This document shows, one piece after another, positions 54,556 through 64,000 of a stretch of DNA of 64,000 nt. The stretch covers positions 78,523-142,522 of the forward strand of contig JBEKSD010000002.1 of assembly GCA_049517335.1 (NCBI GenBank). The letters run 5' to 3'. Position numbers and translations under genes: made by a program. The notes below the pieces were generated by a model. It was not told where the DNA came from, ran no database searches, and saw nothing but the letters and a program-made list of their open reading frames with translations. The stretch comes from Candidatus Omnitrophota bacterium (GTDB lineage Bacteria > Omnitrophota > Gorgyraeia > Gygaellales > Profunditerraquicolaceae). Each line of letters begins with the position of its first letter. Position 1 is the first letter of the stretch.

Positions 54556-55590
54556 CTAGCCAAAGAATACCTTGGCAATATCATAGAGCTCTTTGTCAAC
54601 GAGTTTCAGCTCTTTAACCGCATCCTGTAAAGGCACGTCAATAATTTTTATGCCAGAAAGCGCGACCATCCTTCCGAATTTCTTGTCCTTAATCAAATCA
54701 ACGGCTGCAACTCCGAAACGTGTCCCTAAAACGCGGTCAAAAGCCGTAGGCGAGCCGCCCCTCTGGATGTGGCCTAAAACGGTAACCCGGGTCTCATAAC
54801 CGGTTCTTTTTTCAATTTCTTCGGCAAGGATAGCGCCGATACCCCCTAAGCGCACATGACCGAATGAATCAAGTTTCTGCTCCTGAAGTACCGTATCGCC
54901 TTCTTTAAAATGCGCACCTTCTGCAACCACCACGATACTGAAAGTTTTCCCCCGTGAATGCCTTTTTCTTATTATATTGCATACCTCATCCATATCTATC
55001 GGCAATTCCGGGATCAATATGACATCCGCCCCTCCGGCAATGCCTGCTTCAATGGCAATCCAACCGGCATGTCTGCCCATTACTTCAGCTACCATAATCC
55101 GGTGATGGCTTTCCGCAGTCGTATGCAGCCTGTCTATGCATTCCATTGCCACGTTTAATGCCGTATCAAAACCAAAAGTATAATCTGTTGCCGAAAGGTC
55201 ATTATCAATTGTTTTGGGCACGCCGACAATATTCGGTATGCCGTCCTTGATTAATTTTGCGGCAACCCCCAAAGTATCTTCCCCTCCTATCACCACAAGG
55301 GCGCCGAGTGAGAGCTTTTTAAAATTCTCCTTAACCCTCTTCAAGTCTTCCTCTTTTTTGTAGGGGTTGGTTCTGCTAGTGCCAAGTATGGTGCCGCCGC
55401 GAGGCAATATGCCTGAGACAGCTTCAATATTTAAAGGCATGGTATCAGCTTCAACAAGCCCCTTCCAGCCATTTTTTATACCTATAAATTCATAACCTTC
55501 TAAAAGGCCTTTTCTCACCATCGCCCGAATAACCGGATTTAACCCCGGGCAATCTCCTCCTCCTGTTAAAACTCCGACTTTCAAACTCAT
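54556..55590 (-). CDS. pfk: 6-phosphofructokinase, probably pyrophosphate-dependent
   Basis: 344 aa; GGDCPGLN, IGGEDT (Asp where ATP-PFKs have Gly), PKTIDNDL (Lys where ATP-PFKs have Gly). Confidence 0.8.
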   Translation of the reverse strand: MSLKVGVLTGGGDCPGLNPVIRAMVRKGLLEGYEFIGIKNGWKGLVEADTMPLNIEAVSGILPRGGTILGTSRTNPYKKEEDLKRVKENFKKLSLGALVVIGGEDTLGVAAKLIKDGIPNIVGVPKTIDNDLSATDYTFGFDTALNVAMECIDRLHTTAESHHRIMVAEVMGRHAGWIAIEAGIAGGADVILIPELPIDMDEVCNIIRKRHSRGKTFSIVVVAEGAHFKEGDTVLQEQKLDSFGHVRLGGIGAILAEEIEKRTGYETRVTVLGHIQRGGSPTAFDRVLGTRFGVAAVDLIKDKKFGRMVALSGIKIIDVPLQDAVKELKLVDKELYDIAKVFFG

Positions 55591-55615
55591 CTCTAAACCT
55601 CTCCTCTCTTAAAAA

Positions 55616-56215
55616 CTACATTCTTCCGTAGCCGCTAAACGGTATTACCGGCTGCTGTTTTTTATCTTTTTCTTCCTGCGGAACAATTTTTACGATATGT
55701 GTATTCACGAATATCTTCTCTTCTAACCCCAAAACTTCCTGCATCTTTCCTTTGGTCATCTCTTCAAGACGTTCGGTTAAACCCGGGATATTCGCTTCGG
55801 ACCTTAAAACCACGCGCAATTCTACGGTAATGCCCCTTTTGTTGGCCTTTACGTCTGGCCTTAACTCTTTCACTTCCGGCATAAAGCTAACAATCCTTTT
55901 AATCAGATCCTCAACGGCTGAAAGCGCGATAGTCACTTCTCCGGAAGCAGTCTTAAAGGCAATTGTTTTCTCTCTCTGGAACCTCCCCAAGATTAACTGG
56001 GCCAATGAGATACTCACCAGTATAAGAAGGATACCGGAAAGTGCGATAATCACCCTCACGTGTGCATTCTGCTGAACATAAAGAATGGCGCTATTGATAT
56101 ACTGTGCACCCTGCGGCTGAAGGGAAGAAAAAGAAAAGATAAGAGTCAAGATAATTAAAGCTACGCCTATTAACACTAATACCGCAGTATAAAATAATAT
56201 TCCCAATGTCCTCAT
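55616..56215 (-). CDS. Asp23-membrane-anchor (AmaP)-like membrane protein
   Basis: 199 aa; two N-terminal TM helices; adjacent to an Asp23 family gene. Confidence 0.4.
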   Translation of the reverse strand: MRTLGILFYTAVLVLIGVALIILTLIFSFSSLQPQGAQYINSAILYVQQNAHVRVIIALSGILLILVSISLAQLILGRFQREKTIAFKTASGEVTIALSAVEDLIKRIVSFMPEVKELRPDVKANKRGITVELRVVLRSEANIPGLTERLEEMTKGKMQEVLGLEEKIFVNTHIVKIVPQEEKDKKQQPVIPFSGYGRM

Positions 56216-56252
56216 CTTCCCTCACTCCTTCCTTACCTGCCGGTAGGCAGGC

Positions 56253-56609
56253 TTACTCTTTTTCTATCGCCTTTACTTTTATATTTATGTCCCTGACCGA
56301 TAAACTGGTCATTTTCTCCACCGACTGCCTGACATTTTCCTGAACTTTATTGGCAATCTCGGGAATATTGTATCCGTATTTTATTATTAACGGGATTTCT
56401 ATGGCCGCCTCGCCGCTTTTATTTATTTCAACTTTTATCGCGGAGTAAGATTTTTTGCCGACTATTGAAAACAACCCGCTTTGCAAATTCCCTCCCACGC
56501 GCTTAACGCCTTCTATCTCTACGGCTGCGATAGCAGCAATGGAAGCAATCGCGTTTTTGTGTATTTTAATTGCGCCTAAATCCGTTATAGACTCATCCTT
56601 ATGCTGCAT
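56253..56609 (-). CDS. Asp23/Gls24-family alkaline shock protein
   Basis: 118 aa; IAAIAAVEIEGV ... IKVKAI pattern. Confidence 0.7.
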   Translation of the reverse strand: MQHKDESITDLGAIKIHKNAIASIAAIAAVEIEGVKRVGGNLQSGLFSIVGKKSYSAIKVEINKSGEAAIEIPLIIKYGYNIPEIANKVQENVRQSVEKMTSLSVRDINIKVKAIEKE

Positions 56610-57974
56610 TTATTCCTCTCCTTTGCTTTCAATGTTAAGCATATCAGGCACAAAATGAGTGGATATGTCCCCTTTTAAGAATTGCGGGTGCTGGAGAAGC
56701 TTTAAATGGAAGGGTATCGTAGTTTTGATGGGCGCGATGGTGAATTCGTTTAAAGCCCGCGCCATCGTCTGTATGGCCTCCGCCCTGTTATTGCCGCGGG
56801 TGATCACTTTGGCGACAAGCGAATCGTAATACTGAGAAATCTCATATCCCGGGTAAATATGGGTATCCACGCGCACATTCGGACCGCCGGGCAGGATTAA
56901 AGTCTCAATTTTCCCGGGAGAAGGCATAAAATTATTTTCAAAATCTTCGGCATTGATACGACATTCAATGGCCGCGCCTCTCATGGGTACCTGATCCTGT
57001 TGTATCTTTATTTTTTCTCCCGCAGCGATACGAATCTGTTCCTTTATCAGGTCTATTCCGGTTACCATTTCAGTCACCGGGTGCTCTACCTGAATGCGGG
57101 TATTCATCTCCATGAAATAGAAATTATTTTGCGAAGGGTCAAACAGCAACTCTATTGTGCCTGCTGAAACATAATTTATGGACTTGATGCCTTTTAAGGC
57201 AAGCTCCCCTAAACGTTTGCGCAATTTGGCATCTACGACCGGCGAAGGGCTCTCTTCAAGAAGTTTTTGGTGCCTCCTCTGGATACTGCAGTCCCTTTCT
57301 CCCAGATAAATCGCATGCCCGAATTTGTCGCTGAGAATTTGTATCTCAATATGGCGCGGCTTCTCGATGTATTTTTCAATATAAACGCTGGGGTTTCCGA
57401 AATTAGCCTCAGCTTCGCTTTGCGCGGTCATCAAGCTTGAAATAAGAGTCAGGTCGTTGTGGCAGACACGCATACCCCTGCCCCCTCCGCCGGCAGCAGC
57501 TTTTATAATGACGGGGTAACCGATACTTTTTGCAATTCTAACTGCTTCTTCTTTGTTTTTGATGGCGCTGGCACTTCCGGGGATGATGGGGATGCCGGCT
57601 TTCTGCATGGTTGAGCGCGCAACCATTTTATCTCCCATTAGCCGGATATTTTCCGGGGTAGGGCCGATAAAGGTTATTTTACAAGATTCGCATATTTCGG
57701 CAAAGTGGGCGTTTTCAGAGAGAAAACCGTATCCGGGATGTATGGCCTCAACATCGGCAATTTCTGCAGCACTGATTATGGCCGGGATATTAAGATAGCT
57801 TGAACTGCTGGCAGCTTTTCCGATGCATATTGCTTCGTCCGCAAAACGCACATGCAATGAAGAACGGTCAACTTCGGAATAAACCGCAACGGTCCTAATC
57901 CCTAATTCGCGGCAGGCGCGTATAATCCTAAGGGCGATCTCGCCCCGGTTGGCAATCAGTATTTTAGAAAACAT
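56610..57974 (-). CDS. accC: Acetyl-CoA carboxylase biotin carboxylase subunit
   Basis: 454 aa; [14 protein letters not shown]; ATP-grasp motifs. Confidence 0.9.
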   Translation of the reverse strand: MFSKILIANRGEIALRIIRACRELGIRTVAVYSEVDRSSLHVRFADEAICIGKAASSSSYLNIPAIISAAEIADVEAIHPGYGFLSENAHFAEICESCKITFIGPTPENIRLMGDKMVARSTMQKAGIPIIPGSASAIKNKEEAVRIAKSIGYPVIIKAAAGGGGRGMRVCHNDLTLISSLMTAQSEAEANFGNPSVYIEKYIEKPRHIEIQILSDKFGHAIYLGERDCSIQRRHQKLLEESPSPVVDAKLRKRLGELALKGIKSINYVSAGTIELLFDPSQNNFYFMEMNTRIQVEHPVTEMVTGIDLIKEQIRIAAGEKIKIQQDQVPMRGAAIECRINAEDFENNFMPSPGKIETLILPGGPNVRVDTHIYPGYEISQYYDSLVAKVITRGNNRAEAIQTMARALNEFTIAPIKTTIPFHLKLLQHPQFLKGDISTHFVPDMLNIESKGEE

Positions 57975-57982
57975 TTTATACT

Positions 57983-58444
57983 TTAGAGGGGTTCAACGAG
58001 GAGTATCGGCTGCCCAAACTCAACCGGCTCGGCATTATCAACTAAGATTTCAAGTATCTTTCCCTTAATCTCGGATTTAATTTCATTCATCAGTTTCATC
58101 GCTTCAATGATACAAATGACCTGGCCCGGTTCCATGACCTGGCCCACCTCCACATAAGGAGGTGCTTCCGGAGAAGGGGCGCGATAAAACGTCCCAACCA
58201 TGGGCGCTTTGACTTCTACGGTCTTAAGCGACGATTTATCCTGCTCTCCTAGAGTTTGTAGCTTCGCCTGCTGAGCTTCTATCTGGACACTCTGCCTTTC
58301 AACCAGAATAGGTCCGTTGAAACCTTCCTGAGGCGAAGAAGTCTTTTTTAACTTAATACGCATGCCGTCTTTTTCAATTTCCATCTCCATGAGGCCGTTT
58401 TCATTCATCAAAGTTATCATTTCTTTGATTTCTTTAATATTCAT
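57983..58444 (-). CDS. accB: Biotin carboxyl carrier protein
   Basis: 153 aa; biotinylation motif EAMKLMNEI. Confidence 0.85.
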   Translation of the reverse strand: MNIKEIKEMITLMNENGLMEMEIEKDGMRIKLKKTSSPQEGFNGPILVERQSVQIEAQQAKLQTLGEQDKSSLKTVEVKAPMVGTFYRAPSPEAPPYVEVGQVMEPGQVICIIEAMKLMNEIKSEIKGKILEILVDNAEPVEFGQPILLVEPL

Positions 58445-58455
58445 TTATACTCCTT

Positions 58456-59022
58456 TTAGGCAACCCTCTCTACGTAATTACCGCTGCGGGTATCCAGTTT
58501 AATTTTGTCTCCCTCGTTAATAAATAAAGGAACCTGCACTATTGCCCCGGTGTCAATTTCAGCCGGCTTGGTGCCGCTTTTTGCGGTATCGCCCTTGATG
58601 CCGGGCTCGGTATGAATGATATTAAATGCAATGAAATTGGGAAGATTGACGGTAAGCGTGTCTCCTTTATAGAAATTACCCGCTACCTCCAGGTTATCTT
58701 TAAGGAATTTTTTTGTATTTTCGGAAAGGTTGTCTTCGGATATAGGGATATCTTCATAGGTCTCAGTGTCCATAAAGTGGTACATATTCCCAGAATGGTA
58801 CTGATATTGCAGCTTCCTCTCTTCCACAAAAGCTTCATCAATCTTTTCGTCTCCGCGGAAGGTTATTTCTTGTATATTGGAAGTCTTCATATTGCGCACC
58901 TTTGCCCGCACAAAAGCCGAACCCTTGCCCGGCTTAACATGCTGCGCATCTACTACTACATAGACTATCCGCTCCACTAAAATCGTTATTCCTGATTTAA
59001 TTTCATTAATTGATAGCGCCAC
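58456..59022 (-). CDS. efp: Translation elongation factor P
   Basis: 188 aa; KPGKGSAFVRAKVRN loop (modified Lys position). Confidence 0.9.
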   Translation of the reverse strand: MALSINEIKSGITILVERIVYVVVDAQHVKPGKGSAFVRAKVRNMKTSNIQEITFRGDEKIDEAFVEERKLQYQYHSGNMYHFMDTETYEDIPISEDNLSENTKKFLKDNLEVAGNFYKGDTLTVNLPNFIAFNIIHTEPGIKGDTAKSGTKPAEIDTGAIVQVPLFINEGDKIKLDTRSGNYVERVA

Positions 59023-60073
59023 TTAAAACTTTTACCCCTTTCTGTGTTACTAATACCATATCTTCTATTCTTACGCCGAATTTACCGGGTAAGTATATGC
59101 CCGGTTCAACGGTAAAAATCATTCCCGGCCTTAAAATACAGTTTTCTTTTGCCGAAATACCCGGCTGCTCATGGACTTCAAGGCCTATCCCATGGCCTAA
59201 ACTGTGCCCGAAAAAGTGCGCAAATCCTTTCTTTCCAATATATTGCCTTCCAGCTGCATCAACTTTTGCTGCCTTCACTCCGGGCTTAACCGCTGCAATA
59301 GCCCTTCTTTGCGCTTCTGCGACAATGCTATGGATTTGTCTTAAGAGAACCTTAATTTTACCCAAAAAGAATACCCTTGTCAAGTCAGATTTATAGCCGT
59401 GGTAATCAATGCCTAAATCTATCAATACCAATTCATTGTTACGGATTTTGCGGTAACCGGGAATATGGTGAGGAAGGCTTGAATTAGGACCGGAAGCGAC
59501 AATAATGTCAAAGGCAGAGTTGGTTGCCCCAAAATACCTTATAAACCGTTCAAGTTCAGCAACCACCTCAAGTTCCGTGGTGCCAGGTTTTATGAATTTT
59601 TTGATATGTCTTAATGCTTCCCCGGTAATTTGAACCGCCTTTTTCATTTTCGCTATTTCTGAAGGCTCCTTTACCTGCCTTAAGGCTTCAATTATGCCGT
59701 GGGATGGTATTATTTTAGTTTCTCCGGAGATCTCCTTCTTTATCCTGTTATATTCGGCATAAGGAAGATACCTTTCTTCAAAAGCAAGGCGGACCAATTT
59801 TAATTCTCTAGAGGAAGAGGCGATTAATTCAAATACTGAGCCGTTGGCCTTTCTAACTATAGCAATATCTTTCAGTGCTCTTTGCGCTTCTTCCGTATAA
59901 CGTAAGTCCGTAAAATAAATATTTCCCTTACGGGAAGCTAAAAAATAAGAATCACGGCTGGGATATTTAGTCAGATAAGTTATATTAGCGGGCGTTGAAA
60001 CAAGGATGGCATCAAGCTTTAGTGCGTCTAACTCCTTAGAAAGTTTATGTAATCGTTCATTCATATCAATCAA
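59006..60073 (-). CDS. pepP: Xaa-Pro aminopeptidase (M24 family)
   Basis: 355 aa; metal ligand motifs HGLGHGIGLEVHE and DLGIDYHGY. Confidence 0.8.
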   Translation of the reverse strand: MIDMNERLHKLSKELDALKLDAILVSTPANITYLTKYPSRDSYFLASRKGNIYFTDLRYTEEAQRALKDIAIVRKANGSVFELIASSSRELKLVRLAFEERYLPYAEYNRIKKEISGETKIIPSHGIIEALRQVKEPSEIAKMKKAVQITGEALRHIKKFIKPGTTELEVVAELERFIRYFGATNSAFDIIVASGPNSSLPHHIPGYRKIRNNELVLIDLGIDYHGYKSDLTRVFFLGKIKVLLRQIHSIVAEAQRRAIAAVKPGVKAAKVDAAGRQYIGKKGFAHFFGHSLGHGIGLEVHEQPGISAKENCILRPGMIFTVEPGIYLPGKFGVRIEDMVLVTQKGVKVLSGAIN

Positions 60074-60114
60074 AAAAGGTAAGAGCCTTTAGGCCTTGAC
60101 TCTTTTTTTTAAGT

Positions 60115-60549
60115 TTAAATAATATCTAATAAAGCTTCCAGCCCCAAAAGGTAGCTCTTATGTCCAAAACCTAGAACCGTTCCCTTAGCTACGGGGCTGA
60201 TTAAGGATTGATGCCTGAATTCTTCGCGGGAGTAAATATTGGAAAGGTGCACTTCAACAGTGGCAATTCCAGAAGCGACAATGGCATCCCTTATGGCAAC
60301 GCTAGTATGGGTATATGCCGCAGGGTTTATAAGCAGGCCGTCAAATTTGCTTTTTGCTTTGCCTATCAAATCCACAATTTCGCCTTCATGGTTTGACTGT
60401 TTTATGGTGAGTTTTACTTTCTTCTTTTCCGCGAGGTTACGGAGTTTGGCGTTGATTTCTTTTAATGTCAACCGGCCGTAGGTTAGCGGTTCCCTCTGCC
60501 CCAGCAGATTCAGATTAGGACCATGTATAACTAAGATTTTTTTTGTCAT
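60115..60549 (-). CDS. aroQ: 3-dehydroquinate dehydratase type II
   Basis: 144 aa; [17 protein letters not shown] and NPAAYTHTS motifs. Confidence 0.85.
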   Translation of the reverse strand: MTKKILVIHGPNLNLLGQREPLTYGRLTLKEINAKLRNLAEKKKVKLTIKQSNHEGEIVDLIGKAKSKFDGLLINPAAYTHTSVAIRDAIVASGIATVEVHLSNIYSREEFRHQSLISPVAKGTVLGFGHKSYLLGLEALLDII

Positions 60550-60560
60550 AGTCTATGCAA

Positions 60561-60716
60561 TTAACTTTCCGCCTCATCAATAAGCATAACTGGAATCCCG
60601 TCTTTTATGGGGTATTTCCTTTTGCATTTCTTGCAGACGATTTTATTCTCTTTCAATTCAACATCCCCTTTGCACGCGGGGCATATTAATATATCCAAGA
60701 GCTCTTTATCGATCAT
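60561..60716 (-). CDS. Trm112/UPF0434-family small zinc-binding protein (missing from the ORF track; under 60 aa)
   Basis: Translates to MIDKELLDILICPACKGDVELKENKIVCKKCKRKYPIKDGIPVMLIDEAES; ATGA overlap with the upstream DUF1844 gene. Confidence 0.6.
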   Translation of the reverse strand: MIDKELLDILICPACKGDVELKENKIVCKKCKRKYPIKDGIPVMLIDEAES

Positions 60717-61099
60717 TTTATACCCTCCTGCTGCTTAGCGAGATACATAGTCCTTAGTTCATAGAGCACATTTTCAAGCAGCTTACTTTCTTCAGGGTTG
60801 AGGTTGCCTTTGGTCTTCTCCTGAAGCATACCCAAAGTATCAATTAAGAACTGCGCCTGCTGTGGCTCATATTCGGTTTTATTCGTTGCCGGGTTGGGTA
60901 TCTGACCCAAGGCAATTGATGCCTGAAGGGCAAGCGTAGTGATGAAAAAATTAAAATCCGGCTCAGGTGCGTTTAATTTACCTTGGTTTTTTAGCGCTTC
61001 TTTTTCCTTATCTACTGCTTCCTTCCAGCTTTCGTCGTTTTTTTTCTGATTTTCGTCCATAATTTTAAACGATTGTGATTCCGGCATAGCCAACGACAC
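60713..61099 (-). CDS. DUF1844 domain protein
   Basis: 128 aa; PEPDFNFFITTLALQASIALG...IDTLGMLQEKTKGNL matches the DUF1844 consensus. Confidence 0.6.
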   Translation of the reverse strand: MSLAMPESQSFKIMDENQKKNDESWKEAVDKEKEALKNQGKLNAPEPDFNFFITTLALQASIALGQIPNPATNKTEYEPQQAQFLIDTLGMLQEKTKGNLNPEESKLLENVLYELRTMYLAKQQEGIK

Positions 61100-61880
61100 T
61101 TCTAAAATCTCCCGTTGACTCTCCGCTGGTTTGATATTTGACTAACTCACCCCTATTTGCGCCCAATGCCTTTGCCGCGCAAATCAAAGCCGTTACAGGA
61201 GCGTACCCACACATGGATATACCCAGTTTCAAGACCCTATCCATTAATTTATCTTCGTTTAATTCCAGTATTGCTTCAATCGCAAGCTTATCTTTTTTTT
61301 CTGCCGCGTCCTGCGATTCATAATGGGTCATATCGGAAGAGGCAATTAAAAGGCATTCTTTTTTACCGCCTAAAACCCCGGCAACGGTCTTTCCGATTTC
61401 CTTTAAAGCCGTTAAATTATCACTCCTAAAAGCTATCGGTACAATTTCAAAATTCTTTTTTAAATACTGTAATAAAGGTAGCTCTACTTCCAGAGAATGC
61501 TCATACTTGTGCGCAAGAAAATCATCTTTTAGATACTTGGAGGCCCCTAAAATGTCCTTTGCCAGGTGGCTGTCTATTTTAACTGCGCCTAAGGGAGTCT
61601 GCCAGAGGCCTTCACTCATGATACTGAATTCCGGGCCTTCACCGGTATGGTTCGGGCCAAAGAGGATGATTTTATCCCTGATCACAATCCGGGAAAGTAC
61701 AGCTGCCGCTACTTTTCCGGAATATTCATAACCGGCATGGGGTAGGACACAGCCGATAACCTCCGATTTGCGTTGCCCCTCGTCAATGAGGCCTTTAATC
61801 TGATTTTTAAGCCCAGGAGGGGAAGAAAGATAAAATGCCCTTCCCGCCTCACCGCCTGCTACGGGTTTCCTCACGATCAT
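61065..61880 (-). CDS. MEMO1-family protein (AmmeMemoRadiSam system protein B)
   Basis: 271 aa; HAGYEYSG motif and dioxygenase-like His/Asp ligands. Confidence 0.75.
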   Translation of the reverse strand: MIVRKPVAGGEAGRAFYLSSPPGLKNQIKGLIDEGQRKSEVIGCVLPHAGYEYSGKVAAAVLSRIVIRDKIILFGPNHTGEGPEFSIMSEGLWQTPLGAVKIDSHLAKDILGASKYLKDDFLAHKYEHSLEVELPLLQYLKKNFEIVPIAFRSDNLTALKEIGKTVAGVLGGKKECLLIASSDMTHYESQDAAEKKDKLAIEAILELNEDKLMDRVLKLGISMCGYAPVTALICAAKALGANRGELVKYQTSGESTGDFRSVVGYAGITIV

Positions 61881-61882
61881 TT

Positions 61883-62794
61883 TTACAGATTCCTTGAAAG
61901 GAATTCTTTTGCTTTACGTAACTCTTCAGGCGTAGCCGGATAATGCGCTTCAATAACTTTAATGGTTTCCTGTTTAAGGTAAGGTTTTAAACGCTTAAAA
62001 TCCAGCTCTCCTTGACCCGGTGCCTGATGGTCACGGCAGCCGGTAATATCATGCAGATGTATGCCAAGCATTAAATAAGCATAAGAGCTTAAGAAGTCCA
62101 GATGTTTTCCTAGTTTGAGGTTTTCTATAAGCTGGGCATGTCCCGTATCATGCCAGTAAAAAATATTTGAACCCTTAAACCTTTTAAGGATTAATCCGAT
62201 TTCTTCAAATGAAGGTATTTCACGGTAATAATAGCGGGTTTCAAGTCCGAGTAATACGCCTTTTTCTTTTGCGTATGAATTCAATTCATCCAGACTCAGG
62301 AGCGTTTTTTCAAAATAAGCATTTGCGAAAACGTTCCTCTCCCTGATTATATCATCCCGCAGCTTATTAAACTCTCCCGATTCTTTCTTGCCTGATTCGT
62401 AGAGGCTGATAAGGACTTTTGTCCGCTCTTTAAGCTCAACCCTACCGCAGTGAAGCACAACGGCTTTAGCGCCTAAGCTTACTGCGCTATCTATTGAGCG
62501 CTTTGTATATTTAAGCGCGCATTTACGTTCATCCTCATCAAGGGAAGACATGGAATAACAGTCCGGCAGCGCTTTTTCTCTTGAGAACGCTTCGGGAAGC
62601 GGGCAGTAATTGTGCACGCTGGAAACCTTAATTGAGCTGTTTTTGATTAAGCTTACGATTTCCGAAACCATCACAGGCTCAAGGTTAAAACTAAGCTCAA
62701 CGCTGTCGAAACCTAACCTCCCTATTTCAAAGAGCATCTCCCTGCCGCTTTTATGGCGGAAGGCATTCCACGAGGTTGAAAGCGCAAAATCCAT
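61883..62794 (-). CDS. Sugar phosphate isomerase/epimerase (xylose-isomerase-like TIM barrel)
   Basis: 303 aa; AP-endonuclease-2/TIM family pattern with Glu/His/Asp metal ligands. Confidence 0.6.
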   Translation of the reverse strand: MDFALSTSWNAFRHKSGREMLFEIGRLGFDSVELSFNLEPVMVSEIVSLIKNSSIKVSSVHNYCPLPEAFSREKALPDCYSMSSLDEDERKCALKYTKRSIDSAVSLGAKAVVLHCGRVELKERTKVLISLYESGKKESGEFNKLRDDIIRERNVFANAYFEKTLLSLDELNSYAKEKGVLLGLETRYYYREIPSFEEIGLILKRFKGSNIFYWHDTGHAQLIENLKLGKHLDFLSSYAYLMLGIHLHDITGCRDHQAPGQGELDFKRLKPYLKQETIKVIEAHYPATPEELRKAKEFLSRNL

Positions 62795-62799
62795 TTTTA

Positions 62800-62970
62800 C
62801 TATCTTCTTCCTTTGGCTTTCTTGCGTTTACGCTCGCTGGGCTTTTCGTAGTATTTACGGTCGCGGACTTCCCTTAAAACCCCTTCCTGTTCAATCTTTT
62901 TCTTAAAACGCCTTAAAGCCGACTCAAACGACTCGTCTTTTTTAACTTCTATTTCGGACAATATAATCAT
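62800..62970 (-). CDS. rpsU: 30S ribosomal protein bS21 (missing from the ORF track; 56 aa)
   Basis: Translates to [56 protein letters not shown]; strong AAGGAG SD. Confidence 0.8.
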   Translation of the reverse strand: MIILSEIEVKKDESFESALRRFKKKIEQEGVLREVRDRKYYEKPSERKRKKAKGRR

Positions 62971-63046
62971 CTCCTTTCTTAAATTAAGCCATAACTTACG
63001 CCTGGCTACTCGCTCTCCCTAATTTGAAACAAAGGATAAGATAATT

Positions 63047-63075
63047 ATATTATCACTTATTTTCTAGGGTGTCAA
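63047..63075 (-). promoter_or_regulatory. sigma-70-like promoter upstream of rpsU
   Basis: Minus strand reads TTGACAccctagaaaataagtgaTAATAT, 17-nt spacer. Confidence 0.4.
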
Positions 63076-63088
63076 CCCCGCATCGCTC

Positions 63089-63790
63089 CTACTCAATCTC
63101 AAAGGAAATCACCACATTAAAGGATAATTCCCGGTAATCCAGCTCCTTGGGGAAATTCGGAAAAGGAGAAGCATCTTTTACGCTCTTGAGGGCTATTTCG
63201 CGTAGGTACCCTGCTGCGGTTGATTTCTCCGCAACTAAACGTGATTCCCTAAGGTAACCGTCATTTGAAATCACAAAGGTTATATAAACCTCTCCCGTAT
63301 CGGCGTGAATGTAATTCTGGTAGGCAGCACGGCGGATTTTCTCTCTAACAATCTGATAATAACTTATGTAGGAAGGGTTATTTATTTTATCCAGGTCAAC
63401 CGGAGGAAGACTTATTTTTTTCCGGATTGAGATCACGTCCAGCTTAACTAAAGCAGGCTTCATTAATGCAGAATCGCGTAAATTAAACTGCTTTTCCTCT
63501 TGGTTAAAAAACTTTTCCTTATCAAGATAAGCAGGCGGAACGCGGTTATCAACAGTTATTTTTGAGGGTATCTTCAGAAAGGGTTCGCTCTTATTAGGTA
63601 AAACCGGCCTGATATTTAGGCTGGGTCTTTTCTCTTTAATCACGCGAGGTTTTAAATAAGTAACCTCAATTTTCGTTTCTTTTTTGCTAAAGAATGGTGA
63701 AAGAGAAAAAGAAGTATTTTGCGACAATACCGCAATGTGCACTGCCGTAGAAATTACTAATGTAGCTATAAGTAAGCGTTCTAAATACAT
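63089..63790 (-). CDS. TonB-family C-terminal domain protein
   Basis: 233 aa; N-terminal TM helix, Pro/Lys-rich spacer, C-terminal TonB_C pattern GEVYITFVISNDGYL...FNVVISFE. Confidence 0.6.
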   Translation of the reverse strand: MYLERLLIATLVISTAVHIAVLSQNTSFSLSPFFSKKETKIEVTYLKPRVIKEKRPSLNIRPVLPNKSEPFLKIPSKITVDNRVPPAYLDKEKFFNQEEKQFNLRDSALMKPALVKLDVISIRKKISLPPVDLDKINNPSYISYYQIVREKIRRAAYQNYIHADTGEVYITFVISNDGYLRESRLVAEKSTAAGYLREIALKSVKDASPFPNFPKELDYRELSFNVVISFEIE

Positions 63791-63830
63791 GCTAATAGTA
63801 TACCAAGCGATGGCTTTTGAAACAAGAAGA

Positions 63831-63877
63831 AAACAGGGGCGTTTAGCTTTAAGGATAGTTAAGAAACGCCCCTGTTT
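63831..63877. terminator. Perfect 14-bp stem hairpin (AAACAGGGGCGTTT/AAACGCCCCTGTTT), bidirectional terminator-like
   Basis: T-rich tract on both flanks; probably terminates a minus-strand gene lying beyond the window end. Confidence 0.45.
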
Positions 63878-64000
63878 GAGCTTTGACTTTGATTTTTAAA
63901 AAGTATAGTCGATTTTTAAACTAAAATTTCTCCCCGGGTTAGGGTAATAGAATTTGTCCCCTATCGTATGTCCAGAGGAGAAAGACGAAAGGATACCGGC

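Noticed and set aside
1-64000. AMMECR1 gene to complete the AmmeMemoRadiSam triad
   Set aside because: No ORF of the expected size carries the CGAC-type AMMECR1 signature within this window.

Overview
Gene-dense, AT-rich (roughly 40% GC) bacterial chromosomal segment, probably from an anaerobic, candidate-phylum-like organism. Pyruvate-phosphate dikinase, a PPi-type phosphofructokinase signature, NfnAB, GH57, radical SAM enzymes and Memo are all present. Most of the window is core metabolism and housekeeping on long co-directional gene strings with many 4-nt start/stop overlaps. The housekeeping set is ybeY-recO-panE-polX; nfnA-mgtA-nfnB-panB; glyQS-ppdK-sigma-apt; thiC-thiE; gmhA-rfaE-pfk; accC-accB-efp-pepP-aroQ; and rpsU. 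There are two tRNAs, Arg-CCT on the plus strand and Gly-CCC on the minus strand. Six points stand out. (1) A ParA/MinD-type ATPase is C-terminally fused to an AMPK-beta/CBM48 glycogen-binding domain and sits directly after a GH57 glucan enzyme, making it a candidate glycogen-granule positioning module. (2) A family of perfect or near-perfect palindromic elements (CCGGGGTCGGAATTAATTCCGACCCCGG) acts as a terminator after one gene and lies in-frame inside an SH3-domain gene, which is RPE-like behaviour. (3) A second family of roughly 55-75 nt intergenic repeats (GAGGTGACTCCC...AGAAAGACTCTCT) occurs three times upstream of minus-strand transporter and secreted-protein genes. A 41-nt duplicated promoter-proximal segment flanks an MFS gene and the promoter of a CsoR-like regulator. 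(4) A MacB/FtsX-type ABC exporter locus carries an atypical lipoprotein, periplasmic and outer-membrane components under a CsoR/RcnR-family regulator. (5) A c-di-GMP cluster (YajQ, PilZ-Zn ribbon-PilZ, HD-GYP) lies beside ExeA/GspB-like secretin-assembly genes. (6) A DNA-repair-type radical SAM gene is translationally coupled to a flavodoxin-ferredoxin gene, and lexA carries a perfect palindrome in its own promoter. A 3-prime esterase pseudogene remnant with an in-frame stop sits next to tRNA-Arg. No CRISPR array, transposase or integrase was seen.
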